A DNA stretch of 64,000 nucleotides from Phoronis australis (GCA_002633005.1 NMRA01000756.1:68251-132250); one strand, 5' to 3'; shown: positions 1 to 12,975, counted from the stretch's first letter. Notes: generated by a model not told the origin, from the sequence alone. Numbers and translations are program-made.

Positions 1-224
1 TTGCCCAACTTTGTTCCAAAATCTCCTTGCAGGATTACCAAAGTTCACCTATACTTATGCAGTCTGAACGTTTGCATATTTTATTTTCGTTTTGCTGCGC
101 ATGCATTGTCTCATGATTTTTCAATGAAGTAGCTGACACTACATGTATTAGTCTCGAGACTTCTGAATTTTTGGAGTCTGACTGATGGTAAGCACCAAAC
201 ACCATTGCATATCCATACTAAAAT

Positions 225-519
225 CGGGCGGATCCAGGATTTTGAGTTGGGGGGCAGGGCACAGAATTTCGCCACATCCGCGCGCCCACCCTAAAATGTA
301 GGGATGCAGGAGTCTCGCAATTTTGGGTTTGTGGACTTATTACTAAGAAAATCTGGTAAACGGGGTTTGTTCAAGGCCAATGCATTGTGCATTCGCCCCC
401 GGAGCCCCCTGGGTGCGAGAAAATGCTAGTCAGCAATTCGCACCCTGAACTGACAAATGGTATCTGGGAGAATTTTAGGGGGGCCTTTCCCCTTGGCCCC
501 CTCCCGGAATCCGCCATTG
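225..519. mobile_element. GC-rich MITE-like element with imperfect terminal inverted repeats
   Basis: Left end cgggcggatccagga resembles the reverse complement of the right end tcccggaatccgccattg; no coding capacity; same GGCGGAT-type terminus as other elements in the window. Confidence 0.5.
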
Positions 520-1828
520 AAACTGTGATTGATGCAGAAAACATCTGAACTGATTTATCTGCTATCTTGCGTGTGAAATACTCGATTTCCTGTGTCTTTT
601 TATGAAAATGTCTACCAACCTTCCGCAAATACATCATTCTATGCGTTGTCGGTAAAAACTAAAAAACATTGGTATCCATAATGCGAGAATATTCAGACAT
701 CCATATGCACATATCGGCGTGTGCTGTTCGGGGACTTCCCGAATGAGAAGCTTAAGAAAAGTTATTTAACAACGCCAATTTCACCGGTAGTCGACTGTCC
801 TTATAAGATCAGTGTTCCTAACCTCATTTCACAGCATCTATCCCATACCATTTCAATATATCTCTTTTTTATGACTAACTACTTTGCTGTATGATTTGTT
901 CAGGTTTGGTGATATACACTGTATGGAGATGCAGTTGTCTCCTTCCGGCCCAATACACCTATTATTGTTTTTTATAAAATACGTTGAACTGAGATGCGTC
1001 GGGACACGATCAACCGACTTCGAGAAAATTAGAAAACTAAATTTTAATCAGACCCACACATTAAAATTTCACAATTTGAGTTCGCAGTTATGTATAACTG
1101 AAGACTTACTTAATAGATTTTTTACGCAACCATAATGCATTTTCAAACGGTGAGTATATGCACATGCTATTGGCAACGTTATCGTCAGGGTCAAAGGAAA
1201 CCAACGTGCCTTGTTGTGCTTCTCATTCTTTTCAGTAATGTAACAAAATTAAAGCTCTCTTGATACATGTTCGATCGCCTATTTTAAGATTTCAAAACTG
1301 TATTTTGAATCCTCGCATACATTTGTTACAATGAAGACATTGGCCAGTTGCACAATTTTGGTGAGGTGCCCTAGTTCTAGAGCCCGATGCGGTATGAAGA
1401 AGGATGATTGCCTAAACTTTTGATGGTTTTATTTTGTAGAGCTAAGATCAATCTAAACACTGGTTGTAGTTTTGTTGTTTTAAATTTGGCTTCAGCTGAG
1501 ACAATTAGTCAGGAAGTAGGGCAGTTTTCAACATTTTGGAATCACCAAAAACTAGCTAAATTGGTAGCCTTCAAAAACGGCTAAGATGTAACTGAAACTG
1601 TGATATTTTCTATGACTGGCAAATTGAAAGACACCTCAATTCAGTGATAAACTTGAAGTGTTTCATTTTGCACTATTGTTCTCAAGGTAAGTTCGCAAAA
1701 AGTGCCAAAATGTAGCTGTAACGAGGCTTGGATTTGGCAGAAAACCAACACGTTCCCATAGCAACCACAAGGTAGCGCACGCAAAAAAATTAATGTTGGT
1801 ATGAAGGTTGGGGCATCAACCCCTACCA

Positions 1829-4782
1829 TCATGCAAACAATCGAGGAAATCCGTGACATAGCCTTTTATCACTTTTTGCCTGGTCCATTCGTGGACGTGC
1901 TCTTAAATGCAATTCCATTTCTTTTTTTATAATTTTGCAGAGGGAATTATAAATCTCATCGACTTCATATCGTTTACGACACTCATTTTCTAATATTAAA
2001 AACAACTCCCCAATCGCACTTTTAAAAGTCTCATTATCTATGAATTCACTAGGGATAGAATTTAATTTAAACCGTTTTCTAAATCGAATATCAAAGGAGT
2101 TATCCCTACCATGATCCTCTACAGTTTCGTCACTGATATTCACTGGAACGTGTAGCATGATTTTAAAACAATACGCTGTGATCAGGCAGTTTTGACTTTT
2201 CTGACAATAGTCTCAGTAAATGATGTTTGTCAACTACCTCTGTACAAGTATGGACCTCAAATTTAAGACAAGACTGAAGCGACTCATGGGGAACAATAAA
2301 GTAAACTACAACCGCTCTTCCTCTATGACTTATCAAGGTGAAGTTACATGTATCTCTACTTAACTCTTTCCTACCATTGACTATGCAAGTTTTAGAGTCG
2401 AACAAAAAGTAAATGTAACTTCTACCATGACTATTTACAACTTTATCAATTACGACTCGTTTATTTACTTGACAATCAACATCTGGAATGTAATCATTCA
2501 AGTTACCCACTCTCGAGTTAAATTCTCCACATATAACGTCATCTGCTATATCTGCATGTAAATATAACTGGCATAATAGATAGCTATAGAAACTATCTGC
2601 ATCACAACCCCTCAGGTGGTAAATAGCAACAATATACAATAATACAATAGCCTAAGCGTATTAAACAGTACACACCATGGATTTTTGCACATTTCGAATA
2701 ACCGGTGGCCACAGACTAAATGTATGACGTAAAATCTAGCCAAGTCCATAATTATTTTGTGTCATGAGCTCGAAATTTTAATGTCTCTTTCAATTTTGCC
2801 AATTTTCACATTTCCCGCCATGTGACATCATGGGTTGAACACAAGAGGTCAGCGACTAGCATTGAACAACGACGGAGAGTAGGGAATTTGAAAGCGACAA
2901 CGATTATGAGCAAGAAATGAACAAATACTATGAAGAAACGTACGAGAATGGTGGCCAGGATGACGAAATGGGGTTGCACGAAAGCGAGAACGAGTTTGAT
3001 ATGTTTTCAGCTGCGTACTTTTCTACTTTGAGGCCTTATGAACTGGATCCTTCCGCGAGAGAAGCGGCCTCGGGCTCGGCCAGTTAACCCAGTCATCTAA
3101 CAGACGATCCTGAATAAAGAGCCGATGTTTCTGAATAGTAAATATTGTCCTTTATTGAACCAGGCCTTCATCGTAACATCTTTTCTGATTGGAGTCAAAA
3201 CACGACTCCTCAAAGTGGGCAGAACACAGAGTGGCCCGGACAGAATCGCTTGGTCCACGCTGAGGTCCCACACTCTCGTTCGGCGCACGAAGCGATGCCA
3301 CTACTGCGTAACTTTGGCGTCCTTCGGAACACCGAGACGTTCTCCGTCTGACTGCTGTTGCTGTAACCTCCGCAAACACATCTTTTCATCCCTCTACGAA
3401 CCTTCTCGACGCTAAATATACTTTACTTTCACTTCACTCTATACACTTAGTTGCTGATCCGAACAGTGCGCCGAACGACTTGGGTTCAACCCATGACGTT
3501 GTACATAATTATTATTTTTTCAATTTTTACGTGTTTCTTTTTGAGCTTTGCACAAAAGGCACTGAAATCAAGTAAGATATAGTAATAAAATTTATTTTGA
3601 GGTTCTAGAGTCATGTTGCGTACACTTTAAAGGTAATATACCATCACACGACTTGTCAACAATATCAATTTTAAATGTTTTAAACAAATAATTTTTAACA
3701 AATATTCTCACCGCACCCGAACCTCTTGGGGCCCGCTTGTTTATAAGCTGCCTATTGTGTCCGTACCAAAAATAACCGGGCAAAAGTAATAGATTTATTT
3801 GCATGTAAATGAGTTTCTACCACCCCTATGATGTGGGCGTTGAATGAAGACAGCAATTGTTCACGGAGCAATGAATTGTTGCTGGTCCAACCACAGGCAT
3901 TGGCCTCGCAAATCCTCAAAACGCTGTCCTATTCTGCATCACGAATTGTTTTGTTCCCCGAGTCAGCCTCCTCACCTGTGGCCACTCTCACAATTCGACC
4001 ATTTGAGCGGATCTTGAATTCTTTGTTGTTCGGCAAAGTTTCAATGATTGTTTTGAAATTAATTTCAAATAACCTGTCAGTGTGAGATTTGCTTCCACGA
4101 AGAAAAACTCGTTGAAATAAAAGCGTGCCCTTTAATTTTTGCTTGTTCCGCAGCACTAGAAGTTTTTGAACCAGTGACTCAACAGAAAATTTGACCAAGG
4201 GAGGTCTGGTATCCCCCTGTCGAGCGTTCAGACGGGTGCAATCAAGTAAGGTCACATCTGAAGACAGGCCCATGCTACATAACAGTTCTTCAATCACTTC
4301 GCGTAAAGGTCGGGTTCCGTTGACTATGCCTGATGCGATAATACACAAGTCATTGTTATACAATGGGTCGTTCTGAATGACTAAATCTGAACCATGCGCG
4401 TAATGCTTCTCCAACCTGCTTACACGGTTTTCGAGACGTGCAAAATCCATATCAATATCCGCCTTGAAGGATTTTAGCTTGATATCAATAGAACTTGTGA
4501 TCTCATTGCGTATTTTGTACATTTTGGATTCAAACGTTTTTCTAAGCCCATCTTGAGCCGACTATAGATCTCGGATTTCTTTCAATACGAGTTCAGATAT
4601 CTCAACTTGATATCACGTGGAGCTGGAGAGGTCGGCATGCTTGATATAGCTTCACTAATTGCAGGTTCTGAATTAAACGTTTTGTTACATTGATCACCTG
4701 TACGGTTCATAGTTGTCCTTAACTCGCTACTGTCCTTGCTTGGTTTACGTTTGCGTACAGTTTGCCACTCAGAATAATCCAA
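1829..4782 (-). mobile_element. Decayed non-LTR retrotransposon (LINE): ORF1 plus APE-endonuclease part of ORF2, interrupted by an insertion at about 2640-3590
   Basis: ORF1-like coiled-coil/RRM fragments (4582-4782; 3929-4522, ending RPPLVKF...VFLRGSKSHTDR). APE motifs follow in order: VVETHL, GYFWYGHNR..RAPRGSG (3592-3804), ICGEFNSRVG, NSHGR, IVNGR, T.ISHRGRAVV.Y, PDH (2163-2639). Multiple stops and frameshifts. Confidence 0.8.
2640..3590. mobile_element. Non-autonomous insertion within the LINE endonuclease
   Basis: Splits contiguous APE coding sequence. Internal inverted repeat gacatcatgggttgaacacaag (about 2824-2845) / cttgggttcaacccatgacgtt (about 3479-3500). Outer boundaries approximate. 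Confidence 0.55.
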
Positions 4783-5167
4783 AAGTGTAAATAAAGAAGA
4801 TAATAACTAAATGTCAATATGACTTGTCCCAAAATCTATACTCATAGCTTCGAGTAAATTGATGTAAAAAATAAAAGAAATAATCTTATTGAACATTATC
4901 TTACAATTGCGGCTGTCTATATGCTGTAAATCGCTGACAAACTAGCATAAAAACTTCGTCGTTGTCTCTACCGCAGAATACGTCCATTGCAAACATTCCC
5001 GAAAATGGTACTGTTAGGGAACTAGTTTACATAAACACACCTTTCAACATTGATGACAAGTCAAATAACTTATAAAAAAGCATGCAATTCGATTTTTTCG
5101 TTAGTAAATGAACCTTATAACTATAAAACTGATTATGAGCTTGTACGTTTTATTTGAAATGCACATT

Positions 5168-5477
5168 GATACCCGAAGGTCACTCATATTGACATGGTGC
5201 CCGCAGGCGTATACCAATAATTGCTGAGACACGTCCTATAGCGGGGGCCAGGTCTGCTAATTCCCATCCCCTTTTGCGTGGGATAGAAAGACGGCCAGCG
5301 TGCCTTTGCGGGACAGAGAACAAGGCAGAGAGCCTTTTGGTTGATAGAATTGACAATTAGGGACCTATTGAACCCCGTTTGTGTCCCGCAAAACGTGCTG
5401 AAGAAGTACCGCTTACCCGCAATTTTGGTTACACGCCTGCGGGCACCTTATCGATATGAGTGACATCTCGGGCATTT
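5168..5477. mobile_element. MITE with about 55-bp terminal inverted repeats
   Basis: atacccgaaggtcactcatattgacatggtgcccgcaggcgtataccaataattgc matches the reverse complement of gcaattttggttacacgcctgcgggcaccttatcgatatgagtgacatctcgggcat. Confidence 0.8.
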
Positions 5478-5511
5478 ATAGTAACCATATGCTGTATCTC
5501 TATTCTTGAAG

Positions 5512-6119
5512 GCACGACATATACGGGACATCTATTGGTGAGACCAAAAAACGCCCAGCATGGTTTCATTGCCTCTTGTGACAGCGGTTGGATAGTCATT
5601 CAGCGAAGGTTTGATGGCAGTTTGGATTTCAACAAAGCGTGAGTGGACTACAAAGTTGGGTTTGGAGAACTAATTGGCGAAATGTGGCTTGGTAACGACA
5701 ACATTCACTACATCACCCAGCAGGCTCAGTATAAAATACAGTATGTTATGACGTTATGGGATGGCACGCAATTTACACGCGATCACAGCGTGTTCGCAAT
5801 TGCGAACGAGACCGCAAAGTACAGGATGACAGTGTCATCTGTGTTGCAGGCGAATGTGGTAAAATCGAGCATTGAGCAGCTAAACGGCGTACCATTCACC
5901 ACCCGCGACTCCGACAATGATGAGTACCCTAACAATTGTGCTATTCAAAATGAGGGTGGGTGGTGGTTCAAGAAATGTAGTTATGTTTGCCTCAATAATC
6001 TCTACCCCCTCAAGGGTACATGCTCTTTGGAAAAGAATAAAATGTGCATGAAAACAGCGCACGAGAGTGGAGACACATACTTGTTAATGTATTCCCTCAT
6101 GAAAATAAAGAAGGTTTGA
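5512..6119 (+). pseudogene. Fibrinogen C-terminal domain (FReD/FBG; ficolin/angiopoietin-like) coding sequence with in-frame TGA at 5640-5642
   Basis: GWIVIQRRFDGSLDFNKA*VDYKVGFG, GEMWLGNDNIHYIT, FTTRDSDND, NCA..GGWWF..C..LN are canonical FReD motifs. The two listed ORFs are one frame separated by a single TGA. Candidate acceptor tctattcttgaag at 5511; AATAAA near 6168. Confidence 0.85.
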
Positions 6120-8639
6120 AGGTCATTCCACATGGAAGGAAGGACTATACGGACACCAGATGAATTAAAATAAACACTTTTTTTAACTAAACTCTCGAAA
6201 TAAAGGACTTCTTTACTGTATGTTGAAACATATATTGCTTAAAACGTGGATGAACACGCGTGAAAGCTACTTTCAAAAATTGGCATAGGAGGGTTCTCAT
6301 TATGATATGTTTGTAACTGATTGGAATTGATTATTATACACCAGATACGCAGTAACATCTCTGCAAATGAGTATTCGCAGAATAATCTTGGAACACAGAT
6401 TTGTCTGAATTTTGCAAATGAAAAAGTTTCCTGTATCTGCAGTTGCGATGCTCTAATTGAACCAAAATATCATACTATCGAACACAAAAAATAGTCTTGT
6501 GATTAATAAAATTTAGAAGTACACACGAAAATATTAAGAGCTATTCCTCTAGAAACCAAAAAGGAACCAAAAATCACTCTAGATGCCATCTTTCAGATAT
6601 AGCTTAAACTTTGTGTACATGTATGTGATAGTGGTGTGGCTCTGATACAAAAGTCACCAATTTGGTCATTTACTTTTGGCCTTTAAATGTTCACGAGGAA
6701 AATGACTTTTTTGCTTTCCGAAAACAATAATTTACCATGTAAAAACAGCTNACTAATCAACAGCAATAAGATAGAAACGTCTTGTGTAAAAGTCTGGTGT
6801 TGGTCAGTGTTGTGCCAGCTGAGATATACGGGCTCAAAGTGTGGCGAAATTGCAATGCCTTGTTAACCTCTGACCCCTCTATACTTTATGCATGAAATTT
6901 TTTACTTAGCGGCAGAGTTAATGAGTATTGCTTAACATCTTTGTAAAGCCGAAGATTTGCTTTATTTAAAAATTACAAACAGATAATGATCTCGTGCGCC
7001 GATATTTTTTGTTGTGCAGTGCAAATAAGGCATTTTCGGCGAGTTCATTGCATGGCATACCCCCAAAATAGAGGCTCCCTGATTTCTCCCACTTAAACAA
7101 GGTAAAATGAGATTGGACTTTACTGTTTTGTTTATCATCCCAAAGGTAACTAAAATGCATAGTATGGTTCAAATCGGTGACATTGGATTTATCACCCCTC
7201 TGGGCATTTTTGCCTGCTGTGAGCCGTACTTCACTCTTAAGCGAATGTTTATTTGACTATTTTACGTCTTAACTGAAAATGGGTTCAGGAAGAAGTAATT
7301 ACTGCTAAATATCGTATTAGAGGCCATAATGCAGTCTGACATATCCATATGCCATTTCACCCATTTAGGATTCATAACTGACCGTGTGTCAGAGGTTACG
7401 CAGGTAGAGGTGATAGCATATTTGCCTTGTGACAATGCTCATCACGGTTAGCGTACTGAAAATTCTTTTTTCACTTTGAAGACAAAGGCCTGAATCAGAG
7501 GAAAAGCATCGCTATTTTATGTCTAAGATTTGGACTCATTTTTGATCGGGTGGGTCATGTTGGATGTCAGCGGAATAGGTTATGAGTGTAAAAAGCTTTT
7601 AAGTAACCTTACAGAATGATTTTTGGCGGAAAAATAAGCTTTTGCAAAATAACTTAAGTCGTTGAGGAAAAACTTAAGTTTTCTGAAAACAGGTCTCTGT
7701 GTGATCAAAATTTATGTTTTCCAATTTTTGAAATTTGAATATTATGGGTTATTTGATTTTTATTGTTGGAAATTTTTCAGTTAATTTTCCAACAAAAAGT
7801 TCTTGTTTGTTTATGCATAATCGATTATTTAATTAAAATGTATACATGTAAAATGTTTCCTTTGTTTCGAGTTATGTCCGTAAGGCCACCGGAAGTCGAC
7901 GGTCTTCGAAGAAAACGATGGTTGTCGGCTAGCCCACGACAACTGAGTTGATATACATGTAACTACTTGCAGAGCCTGTAAGATGAAATGTACAGCAGTT
8001 GTGGAAGTCAGGTTACTGCCAGAAAGCAGTCTAAAATCGATTGGCCACAAACGGCGCTGCGGTTGCTTCCAACGTGAAAAGTGCAGTTGTTATGATCACT
8101 GTCAGCCACTCACGCTGTCACATACCGACTTGGACAGTTATCGTGTGTGGGTTATTAAATCTATATTATTCTAACGTGTAATATTATACTGCCTGTCGTC
8201 CTTGGAAGAGCAAGACATCTAAGGACATGCATCGAAACAATCGCCATAGTGGTGGGGCTGTCAACACCTACATCGGTTTCAGCGTTTATTTAATTTGATG
8301 CTGCAATCAGTGTTTGAATTTGAAACAAATAATCATAAGCGTTTTCTTCTTTTCTCTGCAAGTGTGTAAAAATGCCCAGCAACTACATGTACATGTATAT
8401 CCGAACAAGAAAAAGTAGCGTGGGGCATTCAGACTGAAAATTACCGCGCACTCAGCCTGATAACGACTAAAAAGGACCTCTTCTAGTAAAGGCTAGCAGA
8501 TTCACGTGTAGGTAACAAAGTCTCCTACGTAAGTCAATCATCGACGTAATAGGAATACGAAATATTTAAAAACGCAAACATCGATCTATTGCCACAAGTC
8601 GTGGGTCGAGGGGTTGTGGATCGAGGGGTATGGGATTCG

Positions 8640-9180
8640 AGGGGGTTTTAGAACAATCCTCAGAGATCTCTTTAAATCACCAATGGATTCTTTCGATAAG
8701 TTTGCTAAGTATTCTGGTTTGACACCCAATACTGATAAAACTGTATATGGACTGATTCCAAGATACATGTAGGTTGCCGTGAAAAACTTTGCTGTGAAAA
8801 AATTTTTAAAATGTACAAGTTCCCAATTCACATCCCTTGGAATTATCTTCTCTGTCAATTTACAGGAAATTATTCATTTAAACCACGATGCAAAATTGAA
8901 CGAGGTTAGAAATGGCTTTAAAATTGGTCAAACAGAAATTAGACCACTGTTGGAAAAATAACGGTTTGTCAAATCTTTTATCGACAAAGCTGATTCAACT
9001 TTGTGCACACTTGCTCTTCCAGGTGCTACATTTTTATCAGACATTGACAAATTAGTTTTTAATTATGTACTTTTTAATTTAATTAATGAGTCTCTAGAAA
9101 GAAATCTGGTCTTTATTGCGTCATTTGTTAAAGCTTTTAAACTGATTTCAAAACTTATAATCGCAATGCTTCCTCTTGGC
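8640..9180 (+). mobile_element. L1/Tx1-like LINE reverse-transcriptase C-terminal fragment
   Basis: FDKFAKYSGLTPNTDKT then FTSLGIIFSVNLQEIIHLN resemble the L1/Tx1 F..SGL..N..KT and YLGI motifs; frameshifted. Confidence 0.6.
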
Positions 9181-9249
9181 TAAATAGTTATGTGAAATTG
9201 TTCGTATTGTTGCCGTGGGAATAATCGAAGAGGATGCAATGGTAGAGTA

Positions 9250-10450
9250 GTCTTTATTTTTTTGCTCCGAGGCCAAATGTGGCCCATGAACACTTAGAGA
9301 AAATAAAGTCCGAACACCATACAAAAACGTGAATGGCTCTAGACGTGAGACAAGTAAACAAACTACCATAGCGCTTTTCTCTATCTCGGCCTCTTTTGAC
9401 CAGAAATGGTTCAAAGCAATCCACACCAAAGGAGAAAAAACGGAGTCGCCTAAAGACACCCAATCAACCGGTAAATCGGCCATCCGCTAAGTCAGTAATC
9501 CACCCTTTGATCTTTTGCACTGCAGCACACCCTCGGAGCTGACGGTTAATTAAAACCCTAACTCCAGGGATAAAAAGACCGTATGGATGATAGAGCGTGT
9601 TTTCGGCCAGAATGTTGCGTGACGAACCGGTGAAAATGCCTCACAGTCATCGAAGCGACTTGACAGTCCGTGGGTACAATAATAGGGTGCCTCGAATCAT
9701 CTGGAAGGCAAGCATTGTTCAATCTACGAGACACCTTTAAAAGACAATTCGACGAATCCAAGAACAGGGTCTTAGGCGTCAGGTGTAAACTGTGGCAACC
9801 GACATGGGTCTGGGGCCTGGAACAGTCGGGAAAAGAAAGGCTGAGAAGTACGGATATTTTGGAAAATTGAAGAGAACATTTAACAACTGTGCATCAGTGC
9901 ATGGTTTACCTTCTTACGGCCCTGACCAGGACATTGTTATAAAGGGCTCCGCTTTTGCAGCACAGTACGTCTAAACGCACTTGCAAGTAATCGTTCATAC
10001 ATGTATTTCGAAAAATCGAGAAAATTTGTAAAGCGAAGCTTTCTCGGAGCTTACAAATTTACCGGATGTTTCAATTCAATAAGTCAATTTTGCGAAAGTA
10101 AAACCACGTTTTTCCAGAGGATCCTCTCTGGCAAGGGATAACTGAAACAACTGCTTTATGTTTTTTTCTCGAAAGTGACCTGACAGATATCAGTTGCTGT
10201 GCATTTCCGATTTTTGGAAATATAGATATTTTCATATTTAGTGGATTCCCCTTGAAAGTGGCCATTAATGACACTCAAGTGGCCACATGTTTGTGCTTCT
10301 TAAGAGGGTCTAATGTAGGAATCGATTACCTCTATTTTCCTGTTTTTTGTGAAATCGTGCAACCGGTTTTCATGTTGAATAAGATTAGTTCCTGCACCGT
10401 CTTGTGGCCGCACGACGGTGGAATGAACTGTCGCTCTTTTCCAAGCTTAA
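9250..10450 (-). mobile_element. Degraded BEL/Pao LTR retrotransposon pol fragment (RNase H-integrase region)
   Basis: RLNNACLPDDSRHPII, MADLP, FGVDCFEPFLVKRGR..EKRYGSLFTCLTSRAIH are typical BEL/Pao integrase motifs; heavily frameshifted. Confidence 0.8.
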
Positions 10451-11015
10451 TGGTGTTTAGCCTTTCATCCTAAGGTGTCCCATTTCAGACGGGATCCTCT
10501 CTCGGTGGAGCAGTTCGAAGGAAATATCCTTTTGTCACCCTAATCATAAAAATCCGACACTGCCAACTGTTCACGAGTGATGTTGAAATCCCAAATCCAT
10601 CAAAAACAGTCGTGCACAGCACAGTAGTAACAAGACATTCGATCCAAACAAACAAAAATGTGGAAAAACACAATACCATTGACCGCCATCAAAAGGGTGG
10701 GATTTTGAAGAACGTGAAACCCACTATTTGTGAATTTGACAAAAGGACTATTTCTGATGGTTAGTTATAAAATAATGTTAGTGTTTCCCATAATATGACA
10801 AGAATAGTATTTCTTTTGGAGGTGGTTACTGTGAGTTGTTTGTAAGGATTTCCCACATGTGGAAAACACTGCTGTCTAAACTACTATTTGTGATGACCGC
10901 GTACATGTACACGTCCGAAGGGGGTACTCAAAAAACTTTCTCAATCACAAAGATCTCAGCTTTTTTTTGGAGGTGGAGCTCAAGTTTAACTCGTGAACCG
11001 TTATAGGTACAAGAA

Positions 11016-11493
11016 TGTCACGTTTGTTACCACATTTTACGGAGACATAAACAACGTGGTTTCTATCTTAGACTGTATTGTCAGGAACTACTACCTACGG
11101 TGACGTCTATCGGGCAACATACATAACACCCCTCCACCTTAACTAAAATGTCCATGCGACAAATAACGAAGTATCAATAAACCATGTCTACATCAAGATC
11201 AAGTGTCAAGTCCAGTCTCTGTGGCTGCTTACGAATCCGCGTAGAACGTCTCACAGGTTGATCTGGCGGTGCTGGAGATCTAATTGGTACATGCATGTTG
11301 TCAGACACTACGGGTTCAGTTTCGGGCACAGTGTAACTTGGCACACCGACAGACGGTACAGATATATCAGGTGAAGACACGACAGGCGGATCCGCGGAAA
11401 AATCGGCAGAACGCATTTGATCGGCATGTCTCCACCAAAGCACATTCGGCGCAGTCTCCACTCTATACGAAACTGGTCCTGTCTGCTCTTTAA
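11016..11493 (-). mobile_element. 3' end (integrase tail, PPT, 113-bp LTR at 11016-11128) of a second copy of the Gypsy element at 12976-17431; runs into an N gap
   Basis: Reverse complement matches about 16932-17431, including KEQTGPVSYRVETAPN...RRSTRIRKQPQRLDL, the PPT aaggtggagggg and the TG..CA LTR. Confidence 0.95.
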
Positions 11494-11536
11494 NNNNNNN
11501 NNNNNNNNNNNNNNNNNNNNNNNNNNNNNNNNNNNN

Positions 11537-12753
11537 TGACCGAAGGAACAACGGCATTCGAAAATCTCGAATGATTCAAAAGTAGACGTTGTAGCGCAAA
11601 ATGGAAAATATCGTCTGAAAGCCCGTCCACAACTCTACGTACTTTGATAGAGCATACAATCACTTACAATAAAGAACAATAGATGGCGCAACATTGCGGA
11701 CGAGGCATGCTTTGCAGTAGGACAGTGCTGGCTGTGTCAGTTTGGGTCAACTAGGCATAACCAAAACAAAGTGAGCTGAAAGCCAGCCAGCTGCGTGTGA
11801 CCGAAGTAACAACGGTGTCCGAAAATCTCGAATAATTCAAAAAGTAGACGTCGTAGCGCAAAATGGAAAATATCTCCTTAAAGCCCGTTCAAAACTCTAT
11901 CTAAAGTGGTAGTTTGGCAAAAATCAAAAAAGTTTTCGAGAAAATTGAAAATTTGCCGTTTTTTTTTTGAAATTCAAAGTCAAATAACTCGAAAACGGTA
12001 AGTCTGAGAAACACGCTCTCGCAAACTTTTCGAAAGGCCATACTTCAAGGAATCAACATGCAAAAATTCACGTCATTTGCTCTTTCCATAAAAAATACGA
12101 CACCAGAGCGATTGAAACCGTGTGAACATGCGCCACAGCCGCCATCTTGAAAGTGACTTCCGGTCCAATAATTTTTTATAAAAGCATATTAAACTCAACA
12201 AACACGTGACCAGTTTGAAAGTGATTGGTTTGCAATTGCGCCCTCTACAGGAGAAAACGTTTTTAGCCATATTTCGGGGTGCGCATGCGCCACGTCCAAT
12301 ATTTCCGCCATCTTTAACCAAAAGTCAACGATTTTCTGCACAATTGTAGCACATGCATTCTAGTATATTCGTTCCGATTTTCAGCCAAGTAGGTCGAAAA
12401 ATGCGGCCTCTACGAGTATTTGCCATTTTGTATCCGATCATGACCAAAAACAACAGCATTCTAGCAGTTGCCGATCTACACGTTGTGTGCGAATTTCGTG
12501 AAAATCTGACGAATATTGCGACCTGTAGAGAGCGAACAAACAAAAAAAAACTTGCTGTCAGACGAATATACTTGGCGGAATTCCCAGAATTCCGCCAAGT
12601 AAAAAAACTTGCTGTCTGACCAACATACTTGGCTGAAGAATTCCGCCAAGTAAAAAGTTGCTGTCAGACCAACATACTTGGCGGAAAAATTCCGCCAAGT
12701 AAAAAAAAAACAAAAAACAAACTTAGTGTCAGAGCAACATACTTGGCGAAGTT
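11537..12753 (+). mobile_element. Non-autonomous Helentron/HINE-like repeat with an internal direct repeat and reiterated terminal hairpins
   Basis: About 100-bp block repeated at 11537 and 11798; the end carries 3-4 tandem units of cttgctgtcagaccaacatacttggcgga...ttccgccaagta, each a stem-loop. Family assignment is by analogy only. Confidence 0.45.
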
Positions 12754-12975
12754 TATTTTTTACAAAATTAGCTTCTAATTGTCAAAAATCATCAATGAAT
12801 CTGTCGATTTTCTTAGATACATAAACAGATGAATCAGAAATCAACGAATTTTTTATCAAAACGGGATGTTTCAAATAAGCAATTTCCGCAAGCATGCTCG
12901 CAGATTTGTAACACGGGTAACCGGGGGAACATAAGAGATGGGGCGTTCGTATTAAGGTGTATTTCAGTTGTACTT

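Noticed and set aside
12541-12753. CRISPR-like appearance of palindromic repeats
   Set aside because: No unique spacers, no cas genes, eukaryotic context.
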